Positions 37,461-50,378 of a stretch of 64,000 bases of DNA are shown here, piece by piece. Position 1 is the first letter of the stretch. The number at the start of each line of letters is the position of its first letter. The notes beneath the pieces were generated by a model. The model was not told the origin of the DNA. It saw only the letters and a list, made by a program, of their open reading frames with translations, and searched no databases. The DNA is from Eledone cirrhosa. Lineage: Eukaryota. The position numbers were made by a program, and so were the translations under genes. The DNA is taken from positions 88,722,001 through 88,786,000 of the forward strand of contig OZ024744.1 of assembly GCA_964016885.1 (NCBI GenBank). The letters run 5' to 3'.

Positions 37461-37657
37461 ATAGGAATAAGTATGACCCTGACGGCAGAGCTCAAGCTAG
37501 TTCGGCGGGTATTTCTGGACGTAGTCCAGAAATAGCCGTCGAAATTGCTTGAGCTCTGCCGTCGGTGTCATACTTATTCCTATTTCCCCCACTACTACTC
37601 TAAGTATTGAGTACTCTGGTGCGTTATGGTCCATCTGGTTCCTTACCACAATTCCTT
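37461..37657 (+). mobile_element. Foldback mini-element family A
   Basis: Hairpin ataggaataagtatgac...gtcatacttattcctat plus tail; (TA)n on both sides. Confidence 0.85.
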
Positions 37658-37659
37658 TG

Positions 37660-37704
<45 letters not shown>

Positions 37705-38138
37705 CTTATGTGTGTATGCGAGAAGAGTAGCACCGTATATCTTTAATTTTCCTTTCCTATCTCTGTTTCGTGACTCATCATTTTTACTGGCAGCCATAAT
37801 TACTTTGCGACAAGAGACCAGTTTTCTTGGTTCATATTATACCTAACGTTTTCTCTTTCTTTCCTTTTCTTTTCTAAACAGTCTCTTCTTCACATTATAC
37901 TAGTACCATTCCCGTATTTATTTATGTGTAATTTTAGCTTAATTGTGATGTGTACTTCACATCTTAACAACACTAATCAATAAATGAGTTATGTCCTTCA
38001 AATCACATTCTGTAGTCTTAAAACCGAAAGAACATGTCCAACGGTGTAGGCTTTAGATATAGAAAAAGTCGAGACAGTCACGGCTGGAATGCCTTTATAA
38101 CTCTTTCTTTTTTTTCTCAATCATGGTTTACATAGAGT

Positions 38139-38179
<41 letters not shown>

Positions 38180-38692
38180 AATGGATTCTGATTTAGGCAG
38201 AAGGCCAACAATTTTGCGGGAGGGGAAAGTCGATTAAATCGAACCCAGTGCATTACTGGTACTCTACTTTATTTTATCGACCCAGTAAGGATGAAAGGCA
38301 AAGCTAATCTTCGGTCGGATTTGAAATCAGAACGTTCAGAGCCGTAACTCTACGTCGCGAAGCAGAATGTCTGACATTCCACCGATTCTGCCAATACATC
38401 GCCGTAAACAACAACAATAATAATTGTTTCTACTTTTGACACAAGGTCAGCAAATACCCAGTGCATTACTGGTACTTTATTTTATCGAACCCCGTAAGGA
38501 TGACAGGCAAAGTTAACCTCGGCGGGATTTGAACTCAGAATGGCAATGGCCGTAAATCTATGCGTCATAGCATGGCGTCCGACCCTCTACCGATAATAAT
38601 TGTTTCTACTTTAGGCACAAGGCCAGCAAATAATCAGTGCATTACTGGTACTTTATTTTATCGACCCCGTAAGGATGAAAGGCAAAGTCAAC
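38180..38692 (-). mobile_element. Three tandem SINE family 1 copies in an (AAC)n/(AAT)n tract
   Basis: Reverse complement of the central domain at ~38250-38300, ~38465-38520 and ~38640-38690. Confidence 0.85.
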
Positions 38693-38888
38693 GCAACAAC
38701 ACAGTAAACAGTTTCTGATTATTTATGCTAGTGCCTATATGACTATTAAATGTTCATGCATGAGGTGTCATTGTGTATATTTCTTTGAACATTATTACAC
38801 TGGGTCTTGTGCTGGTCTTGTGCCAAAAGTAGAAACAATTATTACCAGTTACCTCCCTTTATATATTTCAGCGGTATTGACATCAAAG

Positions 38889-38946
<58 letters not shown>

Positions 38947-38950
<4 letters not shown>

Positions 38951-39138
38951 AATTGTGGTAAGGAACCAGATGTACCATAACGCACCAGAGTACTCAATAC
39001 TTAGGGTAGTAGAGTGGGAAATAGGAAAAAGTGTGACCCCCCGACGGCAGAGCTCAAGCCGTTTCGACGGCTATTTCTCGACTCAAATAGCCGTCGAAAC
39101 GGGTTGAGCTCTGCCGTCGGAGCCATACTTTTTCCTAT
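38947..39138 (-). mobile_element. Foldback mini-element family A, reverse orientation
   Basis: Tail on the left; hairpin gacggcagagctcaa..gtttcgacggctattt / aaatagccgtcgaaac..ttgagctctgccgtc. Confidence 0.85.
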
Positions 39139-39152
39139 ATATATATATATAT

Positions 39153-39610
39153 AAAGACAGTATAGAGAGAAAAATACACAGAGGTATGTGTTCAATTTTG
39201 GTCCAGTCACACCACCATGGGCTATATAGCGAGCATATTCTCTCTTTCCACCATGTGTGTTTACTAATTATCTAATATATTATTAGAAGTGTAGATCATA
39301 TTGTTGGTCCACCTGTTGATAAGCCTTCAATGGTATGAATCTTCACTTTATTTGTGGTGAAAAATGCTATAGAGCATGTCCAGGTATTTGTACTTTGTAA
39401 TTCATTATTTTAATCGATATGAATTCTCCGTTCCTTTCGTAGACAATATGTTTTTCCCCCTGATGGTATTATATCCTCTATAATTAAACACATATCTCTT
39501 TGTGTATTTTTCTCTATATATGCTGTCTTATAAAGAGCCGGGAATCTAATCCATGAGCTCATTAAATTATAGGGGATTAGCGTGAGTCTTTGACTCCGTT
39601 TTTAATTATA
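39153..39610 (+). mobile_element. Older foldback element (~50-bp arms 39153-39197 and 39482-39530) with a decayed hammerhead-like motif
   Basis: aagacagtatagagagaaaaatacaca.. pairs with ..tgtgtatttttctctatatatgctgtctt; ctgatgg-tattata..tataat-taaac-acat-atc at 39460-39496. Confidence 0.55.
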
Positions 39611-39631
39611 CATACATATATATATATATAA

Positions 39632-40146
39632 TAGTATTCAAAATATTAATGAATTAATACGTTCACATAATCAAAATATATGTTTTATTATATATATTTA
39701 GGAGGTACTGTGTTGTTTGTTCAGTACATCCTCATCAGATAAAACATATGAATTTATGTATGACATACCTCAACTGTATTAATGGTTCAATTCCAGAATT
39801 GGCAGTACTGGAATTGAACCATCTGACTGCCAAGACTGGAATTGAACCATCAACACAGTTGAGGTATGTCATACACCAATTCATGTATTTTATCTGATCA
39901 GGACGTACTGAAAAACAGCACAGTACCTCCGAAATATATATAATAAAACATATATTTTGATTATGTGAATGTTTCCATTTATTAATATTTTGAATAATAT
40001 TAATAACTCCAGAAAACTTCCTTGTAGAGTGCTTTTAATCTATTGTAAAACTATATTCATTGAGTAATCAATGAACCATATTTAATCTTTGATATATCTT
40101 TGGTACAGCTTTATAATATTATAGATATCTTACCACATGCTCTTAG

Positions 40147-40148
<2 letters not shown>
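39632..40148 (+). mobile_element. Foldback mini-element related to family B, a hammerhead motif in each arm
   Basis: Arms ~39632-39808 and ~39826-39999 plus tail; minus motif 39679-39748 has a 10-bp perfect stem I and CTGATGA but TAAA; plus motif 39886-39952 has CTGATCA and GAAA. Confidence 0.85.
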
Positions 40149-40194
<46 letters not shown>

Positions 40195-40618
40195 CTGGTC
40201 TACATTTTTCTCCTCTCCCTCCTCTCTCTCTCTCTCTCTCTCTATAACCCCTTCATTTCTCATCTCTCTTTCACCATCACTCACTCTCTCTCATGCTCTT
40301 CGTTCGATTTGTGGTTATATCTTAACCCCCTAAACATTTACTATACTAATAATATAAAACTGGTAACAGCTTTCTTCCGCATTGAGAATACTCAAATGTT
40401 ACGAATATTCATATACACTCATCACTTCAAACATTTCCAGTAAATGGCTAGACGCGCTCCTTCATCCACTTTTCTAAAAAAAACAAATCATACACAAAAC
40501 GCCAGCACCGACAGTTTTGCAAGAGATGTCACCATGAATGGACCTATTATTTTTATCTAAAGACATTTTTTCAAATTCCATCCCGCCCGTCCCCTTAATC
40601 TATTTTATTTCTTATTCT

Positions 40619-40745
40619 TTCTTCTGATGAAGGACTAGCCTGCGAAACGTTAAGACCCTCTTCCTGCTATATCAAGCGTTAACTTAATGTATACCTTCCA
40701 TATTTTACCGATTGTGTTGTTATTTCTGTTTACCTTTTACTTACA
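40619..40745 (+). ncRNA. Hammerhead-like motif followed by a repeat 3' end
   Basis: tctt-CTGATGA-aggactagcctgc-GAAA-CGTT-aaga; downstream sequence shared with 551-645; ends in (TA)n. Confidence 0.55.
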
Positions 40746-40779
40746 TATATATATATATATTTACCTGTTTACCTTTTAC

Positions 40780-40813
<34 letters not shown>

Positions 40814-41170
40814 GTAGATAAATCTACCAAGAGTTTACGGTAGTGTCCAATCCGTATGAAGAACTCAATGTATGTCGGATATCATGGAAAGAAGAGATGT
40901 AATGAAAAATCACTTTCGGTGAAAGATAAACGGTATACAGAGTCAAGATAAAATATTAAACAAATAATGAATAAAACAATGAAACAGTTCCTTATATTAA
41001 ACAAAAAAAGTTCATTATTTAACGATCGTTTCTAGGATATATATGTGTTAGAATTGGCATGCATATTCAACAGATCTATGTACAAAATTATACAAAATTA
41101 TACAAACTATCAAGATTAAATATACATACCAACACATATATACGCCGTCTTCAGAAATAATTCATAGGGG

Positions 41171-41205
<35 letters not shown>

Positions 41206-41529
41206 CATAGCGGATATGTAAATACATTCGTGAGTTTTATATCGAATAATATTCATATACGATTCGTTTGCAAGCCAACAGCCTCATTATGCTAGGTTTT
41301 ATAGATGACCAACGCCATGCTTTTGTTATAGCGGTGACAGAATGAAACAATCGACAATAATATTGGTTAATCTTGATAGTTTGTATAATTTTGTATAATT
41401 TTGTACATAGATCTGTTGAATATGCATGCCAATTCTAACACATATATATCCTAGAAACGATCGTTAAATAATGAACTTTTTTTGTTTAATATAAGGAACT
41501 GTTTCATTGTTTTATTCATTATTTGTTTA

Positions 41530-41537
<8 letters not shown>
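40814..41537 (-). mobile_element. Foldback mini-element family C with flanking DNA copied into its loop
   Basis: Arms ~40951-41119 and 41367-41535 are near-perfect inverted repeats; tail 40814-40950 is homologous to 62620-62750. Confidence 0.85.
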
Positions 41538-41583
<46 letters not shown>

Positions 41584-41591
<8 letters not shown>

Positions 41592-44500
41592 TGTATTTAA
41601 GAAAGCCACAACAATGCAAAGGGAAATCTCGAGGTAGGAAGTGAAATATAGATAGGAAAAACAGGTGAAAGTGAAAGTTGAGAGAGACAAAGATGAAAAC
41701 AAAACAAAGGTAGAAGGGTTACCGTAGTAGAGATTTTAATCCCAATATTTCGGGCTCACGCCCATCAACGGGGGAAAAGTTCCAAAAGGGGGGAAAACAG
41801 GCCAAGCGGAGAAAGTGTTGATGTCGTTAAGACAGGAATGCCGTTATGGGGAGAAAAATATTTAAAATTTAAACGAGGGAGAGAATGCGCGTGCGCGTGA
41901 TAAGCTGTGGCAAAAGCTACTGACCAAATGGGTTAAATCAAGAGGGTGCGTTAGCGTGTGAAAGCCTTAAGATATGTGTATGTAAATATATATGTGTGTG
42001 TGACTGTGTGTGTATAGGTGTAAGTGTGTATATGTGTGAGTGTGTGTGTGTGTGAAAGGTAGTGGGCTGTAGAAGTTGGAAATCAAAGGGTGTGAAAGGT
42101 GGTAGGTTGTAAAATATGTGTGCGTGTATAAATATAGAAGTGTGTGTGTGTAAGCGTATGGGTATACATGTGTGTGTGTAACTGTGTATGTATATGTGTG
42201 AGTGCGTTTGTGTGTGAAAGATAGTGGGCTGTAGAAGCTGGAAATCAAAGGGTGTGAAAGGTGGTAGGTTGTAAAAACATGTGTGCGTGTAAAATATAGA
42301 AGTGTGTGTGCATGCGTATGGGTATGCATATACGTGCGTGTGTGTGAATATAACAGGCCGTAGGCTGTGAATGGTCATTATGGTTAAATTAGCCATGTCA
42401 GCTCATTTCTCTCGGCCCGGTTGTTAAGTGGGGGTCTGAGGTTCTTAATAACAAGTGCTTCCTTTATCCTTAAGGATCCGATGCTGCGTTCAGTCGCTAG
42501 GACTGTGACCAAGGGTCTACCCTGTGGGTTTCCGCATTTGAGGATATGTTTACGGAAGGAAGATGCGTTGGTGTTGATATGTTCCTTGATACGAACATGT
42601 AGGGGTCGGATGGTGCTACCTATGTAAAACTTGTTACATTTATCGCATTGAATCTTATATACGACATAGGTGCGTAGGCAATCTGCCCCCCGTATCGGGC
42701 AGTTGCTGAGGGAACAAGTCCTATCTGCCTCGTAGGGTTTGTTGGAGAGGCATCTTCGCAGCGAAGGTCCTGTGTGGGCCAAATGTATGTCAAGTCCCTC
42801 CGTACGTATGGCCCTGCGGATGGCGTTCGTGGTACATTCACTCAGGTGGGGGATTTTAAAGAAGCACCTGCTAATATTAAGTTTTCTAGTGGGTGTCGGT
42901 CTACTGGGTCTGGGGTCTCTAATTCCGTTAATCAGTCGCTTGGGATAACCATTAGATCTGAGTAGATTACGGAATTGCGTGGTATGGGTGAGACCACCCA
43001 TCGGGTCGCTGCATCTGTTAGTGATCCGTGTCAGTTCATTTAGGACATAGCCTCTCTTAGCGTTGTTGGGGAGGGCTGAGTTATAATGCACAAATAGGTC
43101 CTTGCACGCTGCTTTGCGGTAGAAAGTGGTGTTTATGTCTCCATGTTCCGAGATGTTGATACGGAAGTCGAGGAGGGCGAGTGACCCGTCTTCTTCCGGG
43201 TGTTCGATGGTGAAATCGATGTGTTGGTCAGTATCGTTGAAGATTTGGTGAATTTCATTCGCCATCTCCCGGGAAGAAGTCAGTATCAGGATATCATCAA
43301 CGTATCTGGAGTAGAAGGCGACGGCGTTGGGTTGGCAGGTATTGAGTGCCTTGCGCTCCAGGTGGTCCATGTACGAGATCGCAAGTATGCCGGACAGACT
43401 AGAGCCCATAGGTAGCCCAGAGATTTGTTTGTACGTGTGGCCAAGGAAATTGAAGAGTGCATTATCCACAACGAAGGAGAGGAGTTGGTGGATGTCCGTG
43501 TGTGTGAGTCCGAAGCAGTGTAGGTTAGATGCTCGGACTCGTTCGGTCAACAGGTCGACAGCTGGGGATGCTGGTACGGAGGTATAAAGGGAGACCACAT
43601 CAAGACTGAAGGCATAACCGTTGTCCTTTCTGGTGTTGGGCGCCAGATGGTGTAGTCGCTCCAAGACTTCCATTGAGCTGCAGACGTGGGCTGGTAGTGT
43701 GTGTAGAATAGGTTTCAGTAGTGTGGAGAGCAGCCACGATATTTTATAGAGTGGGCCCTCCACGCTAGAGACAATGGGCCTGATTTTCAAATCGGGTCCT
43801 TGTTTATGTGTTTTGACCAAGTGGTAGAAGGTGGGTAATTAGCTGTTTCGAGTCATTATGTTGTTTTTTACCTTCTTTGGCAGTTTTCGTTGGACACAGA
43901 TGTTAGTCCATATGGTGTTAATGCCTTCCTCGATTAGAGTCGAGGAGGTCCCTGTGACTTTGGAGTAGAGGCTGTGGTCATTAAGATGTTGGAGAGCTAA
44001 GTTGTTGTAGGTCTCTCTCGAGATGACACAGAATTCTTTCCCCTTGTCAGAGGGAAGGTACACAAGGTTCCTGGATCTTAGGTTGGTGAGAGTATTAAAT
44101 TGTGCATTGGTGAGGTTGCGTTTGTTGTGTGTGTGTGTGTGTTGGGAAAGGATGTTAGAGATAGAATGTTTCAACCTGAGTAGTTTAGTGTCAAGTTCGT
44201 GGTTGGTGGGTGGGGGGTGGAGTGGGTTGTCGAGGTGATACGTGGGGAGTGTGGGGTGGGTTGTGGGGTTGTAATCGATCTCGGTGTTGTTTTGGATGGC
44301 GGTTAGCCATTTCAGTTGATAAGCTGTCCGACAGAAGTTGGTTTCGATGTCGAGTTTCAGTCTATCATCGAGACGCTGTGTAATGATGAACTTGGGTCCG
44401 AGGCGCAGAAGTTCGAGTTCGTCGTTGGTGAGGGTACCGGTTAAGTCGGTAACGAGGTGTGAAGCATCGTTGGTAGGTAGATCGATGTTGGGGGGTGTAG

Positions 44501-45428
44501 CGGAGGGTGTTGTACAGCTGTTGCCCCTGGTGTGGTTGTAGTCGGTCCGTCTGTGGGAGCGGATGTTGTCAATGTAGTATTTGTTTACAGTCCATTCGTA
44601 TTTACGTACAAGGCGCTGTTTATCAAATTTGACTCTGGTGTGGTAACACTGATCTATAGCTTTGTGTAATTCCTGGACTTGGTGGTCAGGGGTGAGGATT
44701 GGAGCTATACGATCTAAGTGCTCAGAAAGCGTTTGTATACGGAGTCGCAGTTGGTGGTGGTGGTGTCGTAGTATTTTCTTGATAAAAGTGCGTTGAATGT
44801 GGCGGATGGTGTTTTCGAAGGATGGTGATCGTAAACATTCGGGTAGATGTATATTCCTGATGGTGGTTGGAATGATGTTGTTCTTTAGGCAGCGTTTTAA
44901 GAAGGTAATTTGGCAACCGAGTTTGGCACGATTCTCCGATAGTCTGAATAGGTCCCTTATGGGTGCAAACAAGTCCTGGCTCAGGTGTAATGATAAGAGG
45001 GTGTTAAAGTTTGCTTGAAGCATTGTGAAATGTTGATTTAACCCATTTGGTCAGTAGCTTTTGCCACAGCTTATCACGCGCACGCGCATTCTCTCCCTCG
45101 TTTAAATTTTAAATATTTTTCTCCCCATAACGGCATTCCTGTCTTAACGACATCAACACTTTCTCCGCTTGGCCTGTTTTCCCCCCTTTTGGAACTTTTC
45201 CCCCGTTGATGGGCGTGAGCCCGAAATATTGGGATTAAAATCTCTACTACGGTAACCCTTCTACCTTTGTTTTGTTTTCATCTTTGTCTCTCTCAACTTT
45301 CACTTTCACCTGTTTTTCCCATCTATATTTCACTTCCTACCTCGAGATTTCCCTTTGCATTGTTGTGGCTTTCTTAAATACATATTTTTACACATTTCAC
45401 AATGCTTCAAGCAAACTTTAACACCCTC
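41584..45428 (-). mobile_element. Penelope-like element with inverted pseudo-LTRs, in (TA)n
   Basis: 41584-41941 is the reverse complement of 45033-45390; 45391-45428 extends into the ORF start (MLQANFNTL). Confidence 0.95.
42384..45023 (-). pseudogene. Penelope RT + GIY-YIG endonuclease ORF (~879 codons) with one in-frame stop at 43839-43841
   Basis: PSDKG, RPIVS, SLDVVSLYT, GLPMGS, RYVDD, VVYKIQCDKCNKFYIGST; the two ORF-track pieces are in the same frame. Confidence 0.93.
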
Positions 45429-45449
45429 ATATATATATATATATATATA

Positions 45450-45718
45450 ATGAAAGGGTAAAGAAATAACATGGTCGGCTGTACAAAAAGGGTTTTATTT
45501 ACAGTATTAACAATTGTTTCATTGATCAGGTGAGTCTAAAGGCCGCTGATCACTCGAAATTGCGTCACTCAACCTTAAATAACCTACATGAGAATTCTCG
45601 TAAACTCTAAGGAAACATCTTGTTGAGTCAAACAAAGCCGTACGTTAAAACTATCCACAATACAGAGTACTCACAACCTCTAACTGGAATACCTATAACG
45701 ATAACTTGTTATCCCATA
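45450..45718. repeat. Short insertion between (TA)n tracts with decayed hammerhead-like motifs
   Basis: Minus strand GAAACAATTGTTA near 45508-45520; plus strand ttgatca-ggtga..tcactc-GAAATTGCGTC; tail contains actct..gagtactc. Confidence 0.4.
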
Positions 45719-45739
45719 TATATATATAATTCATAGGGG

Positions 45740-45778
<39 letters not shown>

Positions 45779-46199
45779 CATAGCGGATATGTAAATACAT
45801 TCGTGAGTTTTATATCGAATAATATTCATATACGATTCGTTTGCAAGCCAACAGCCTCATTATGCTAGGTTTTATAGATGACCAACGCCATGCTTTTGTT
45901 ATAGCGGTGACAGAATGAAACAATCGACAATAATATCGTTTCTGGGTTTCTATGACTCGACTGACTTGTCATACACCCACATACACAGAAAATATAACAA
46001 AACAAGCATATACACGCATGCACATATACACACTCACACGCACACATTTTAAAATAGTCGAATATTCGAAGGTTCCAAAGACGCGCGTTCCAGTTGTTTT
46101 GACCAAAGGAGGCGCGTGCTCGTAATATTAACACACAAATGGCTGAATATTCCACATGCAGGTTTAATCTTAAAGTAATTCTGAGATTCAAGCTAACAA

Positions 46200-46342
46200 C
46201 ATTTGTGACCCTTTGTATTACAGGTACAACTAATTTATTTTTTCAGCTGGGTAGACTGGAAATGTCAAAATGTGCCACCGAGAAATGAACACACGATCTT
46301 ACAATCCTGAATAAAACACTCTAACTACTAAGCCATACGCTT
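46200..46342 (-). mobile_element. Decayed SINE family 2
   Basis: Resembles the reverse complement of 63088-63205 and matches 60550-60675. Confidence 0.5.
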
Positions 46343-46481
46343 TCAAATCTGAATGTAATGTCGTAAAACGAACTATAAATGTTTATCTATTTCACTTTCT
46401 CTTTTCTCTATCATTGCATTCATTACCAGTGCTGAAGTTGTTCTCTCTGTCGGAATCTAACAGATACTTTTCAAAGTCCAA

Positions 46482-46765
<284 letters not shown>

Positions 46766-48199
46766 TAGAGAACTACGCGGATGCCTGACCTGTTCTGGAT
46801 GTACAAACATGATGGGATGATCTAGCGTGGAAGAGTTATCCTTCTTGGCTGCTCGATTAAAGTTAACATGAAGCTCTGGCTAAAGAACGACAAGAAGTAG
46901 TAAACATATTAAAAATAGGTACAAGTTAAGACATTGGTCGGATTAAACAGACGACAGTGCTTAAACGTGCTACTTTATAATCTTTATACCATGAAGGGAT
47001 AAAAGGCATATTTTAATTCGGTGGATTTGAACTCAGAACGTAAGGTGTCTTAAGTAAAGACAGCTGGGCATTTTGCTCGATGTTTTTATATTCTTGCCCA
47101 CCAACTGCGCTTCAAAAAATTAGAAATAATATTTAGAAATGCATAAAAAAAATAAAGATCTGATCTTTAGAAAGGACGAAACAAACAATGTTTACATATG
47201 TTTTTCCATTGCTCACACATCGGAGAGAAGAGCCATTTATTTTATGATGACAGGAAGCAGGATTTGAACTTATAACATATAGAGCATGAACGAATACCGC
47301 AAAGCATCTACGCAAAGCATCCAAAGCTTTAACGATTCTAACAATTCGTCGCCTTGAAATGCAAAATATAGTGAAATAAACATGATTAAAGATGAAAGTT
47401 TAACATAAAGAGTAAAATTCAGAGTAAATCCAATATTGTTTGAGGAGTGCAATTGCACGACTACAATTAGACATTATATATATAAACGCGAGAAAGAACT
47501 AGAAAGAAAATTGTAAAGCGTCAATTCGGAATGTAGAACAGTGCGATGTATATTCACAAGATTCGTTAAAGCATGATGGATGAATAGCAAGCTAAAAACA
47601 AACAAATGGAAGAAACAACAATAAGACAAGTTGTAATTGGAAGCACAGTAAAAATAAACACGGCAGGGATTATATTCAAAGGGAGGATCAACAAAAACTG
47701 GAATTACGGAAGCAGAAAAGAAGATCAGACACTGATCTAAAGTAAGCGATGATGAAACAGTATAAGAATGGAGTGACCGAATAGTTTAGTGCACCACCAT
47801 CTTGATAATTCTATATCAGTGTATTGTGATACGTCTGCATGTAATCTACACAATTATAGATCACTGCATTTGTGATGTGCTATATTTACCAGATTGAATC
47901 TACAAAGAAGGACGTAAGGAGTTTTCAGTGATAGCAACACACTTGCTGCCATATGTAGAATTAGCAATGAATTTATACAACAATCATTGCAGAGAAGACG
48001 ATTTTGTGTATTTTGTGTATCCAGTTGAATAGAATACACTTTGCTGTGGAGTTAGATCAAGTTCCTTCGATTGGATACAGTGTAGAGTATTAATAGAACA
48101 TACATGTGCAGATATTAGGAAATCTATAAGCCAAATAATCTCTCTCTTTCTCTCTCTCTCTCTCACTTCTCCCCTCTCTATCGCTTTATTTCTCTCTCT

Positions 48200-48282
<83 letters not shown>

Positions 48283-48734
48283 GTGAGGTTTTTTTTTTAC
48301 AAAATGAAAAATAACCGAGGTGTCCTACACCAGTGAAAGTATAAAGAAAAAAGGATGAAATCAAAAATGCAGCTGGAGTCTTATTTTTAAAATTACGAGA
48401 TCCAACCACGAGACAGATACCACTTACCGCACATCTAGACATATGCGCAAGTAATAATTCCAAGTCTTCCTATTTTACCTTTGCGCTGACAATACAACAG
48501 AACAAATACGAATAAATAAGGAAAATATGTTTATTCAAAAATATAGACCAGCATTAAATATGGTTTAATATACATTATGTCAACACCAAAACATGCTAAC
48601 AATCCAAACAGACACATACACACACACATTACACCTTCTACTTTAGAAAATAAAAACCCGAACTAAATAAATCTTAACATACGTTTGCGCTGACAATAGA
48701 ACAGAACAAATACGAATAAGTAAGGAAAATATTC

Positions 48735-49045
48735 CTACTAACGGAATCATTTTCCTACACACACACACAAACACACACAATATATATTCTCTTCATCTTA
48801 ACATGCTAAACATACTCCCACACACACATAACACCCATACACATACACATACACATACACAACTCCCTCCCCCATTTCTACTAATAGAATGATTTTCCTA
48901 CACACATATACACACACACAAAATATATATATTCTCTCCATCTTAACATACTCCCACACACACACATATCACCCATATACACACACACACCAACTCTCTC
49001 CCCCATTTCTACTAATAGAATCATCTTCCTATACACACACACAAG
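48735..49045. repeat. Short tandem repeat, ~150-bp unit, about two copies
   Basis: ctactaa..gaatcattttcctacacaca recurs at ~48736, 48879 and 49009. Confidence 0.7.
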
Positions 49046-49729
49046 CACACAAATAAACATACATAACTTTACTTTCTTTATTTCAATAACAAATCTGAAT
49101 TCTGACACTCCAGCGAACCAACCATATTAACTGAACCAGAACAATTCTCCCATCCCATTTCTCTTGACCATTATCTTTTCCTTGTCATAAAATTCTCTAA
49201 AAGGTTACAAAATAAATTCCCAAATACGGGCGCGAAATTTAATGAACTTGTTCACGTGACAACCATAATTTCATTTATAACAAATCAAATTACATTTATT
49301 TTAAAAAAAAGCTTTCGTGAGCCCCCCTTTTTTAAGTAAAAAGAAGTTCAAACACTCATATATGAAAAAACAACCTGAGAACCCCCCTCCCTTGTTTGAA
49401 GAAATTTGTAACGCGAACTGGCGCGAAATTTATTATACTTATTGACCAACCAATCAAATTACTTCTCTAAAAACCTGCCGTTTTGAGCCACTTTTTTCCA
49501 TATAAAACAAGTAACATTCAGAGACCAACTAGATGTGAGAAAATCCACAGACCCTCCATCTCAACTCTACTTTTGAAAAGCGAAACGGGTAAAGGAACCA
49601 AATAAATATATATATATTTTTTTTTTAAATAAGACTTCAGTTGCATTTTCGATTTCATCCTTTTATATATATATATATATAAATAACAGATTAAAGTTTA
49701 AGTCTTCACATTTTTTATTATCTCTCTCC

Positions 49730-49789
<60 letters not shown>

Positions 49790-49818
49790 ATATATAATAT
49801 ATATATATATATATATAT

Positions 49819-49869
49819 AAAGGTAGCCACACTCATATATGTATCTGTGACTATGTCTAAATATATCCC

Positions 49870-49915
<46 letters not shown>

Positions 49916-49976
49916 GGGATATATATGCATATATTTAGGCATAGTCACAGATACATATATGAGTGTGGCTACCTTT
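49819..49976. repeat. Inverted repeat centred on a (TA)n tract
   Basis: aaaggtagccacactcatatatgtatctgtgactatg...catagtcacagatacatatatgagtgtggctaccttt. Confidence 0.9.
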
Positions 49977-50378
49977 CACGGTGTAGCACAATGAAAAACT
50001 TAATTAAATAAAAAATTATTAATCAGAGCTATATAAAATTGCAAGTTTGAAGAACAGTTAAATAAAATAAAATTTACCTAATTTTTCTTCTCCCTAATCC
50101 GTAGAAATCAACTAGATATATAATCATTTAAACGGAGCTAAGTTTAAAATGTAACTTCGAAGAAATAACAGATAAATGATACAGACTATCCCCCGCGACG
50201 AACAGTCAGATAAAATTTACACAGTCTTTCTTCTTAGACCGTAGAAATTAACTAGACAAATAATCAATTACACCCAGATCTAAATTATTTCACGGCGAAA
50301 CAATTACGCCAGCAAGCGACGTTTGTTGAACGTAAAAATAAAATAAATATTATTAATTGTAAGTCCCACACAACAAAC

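Noticed and set aside
43839-43841. Programmed readthrough in the Penelope ORF
   Set aside because: A single point mutation or read error is simpler; only one copy is available
41584-45390. DNA transposon TIRs or LTR retrotransposon
   Set aside because: The ORF is RT + GIY-YIG and the repeats are asymmetric inverted pseudo-LTRs
47585-47750. Plus-strand exon candidate ending in gtaagc
   Set aside because: No recognisable domain and no clear acceptor
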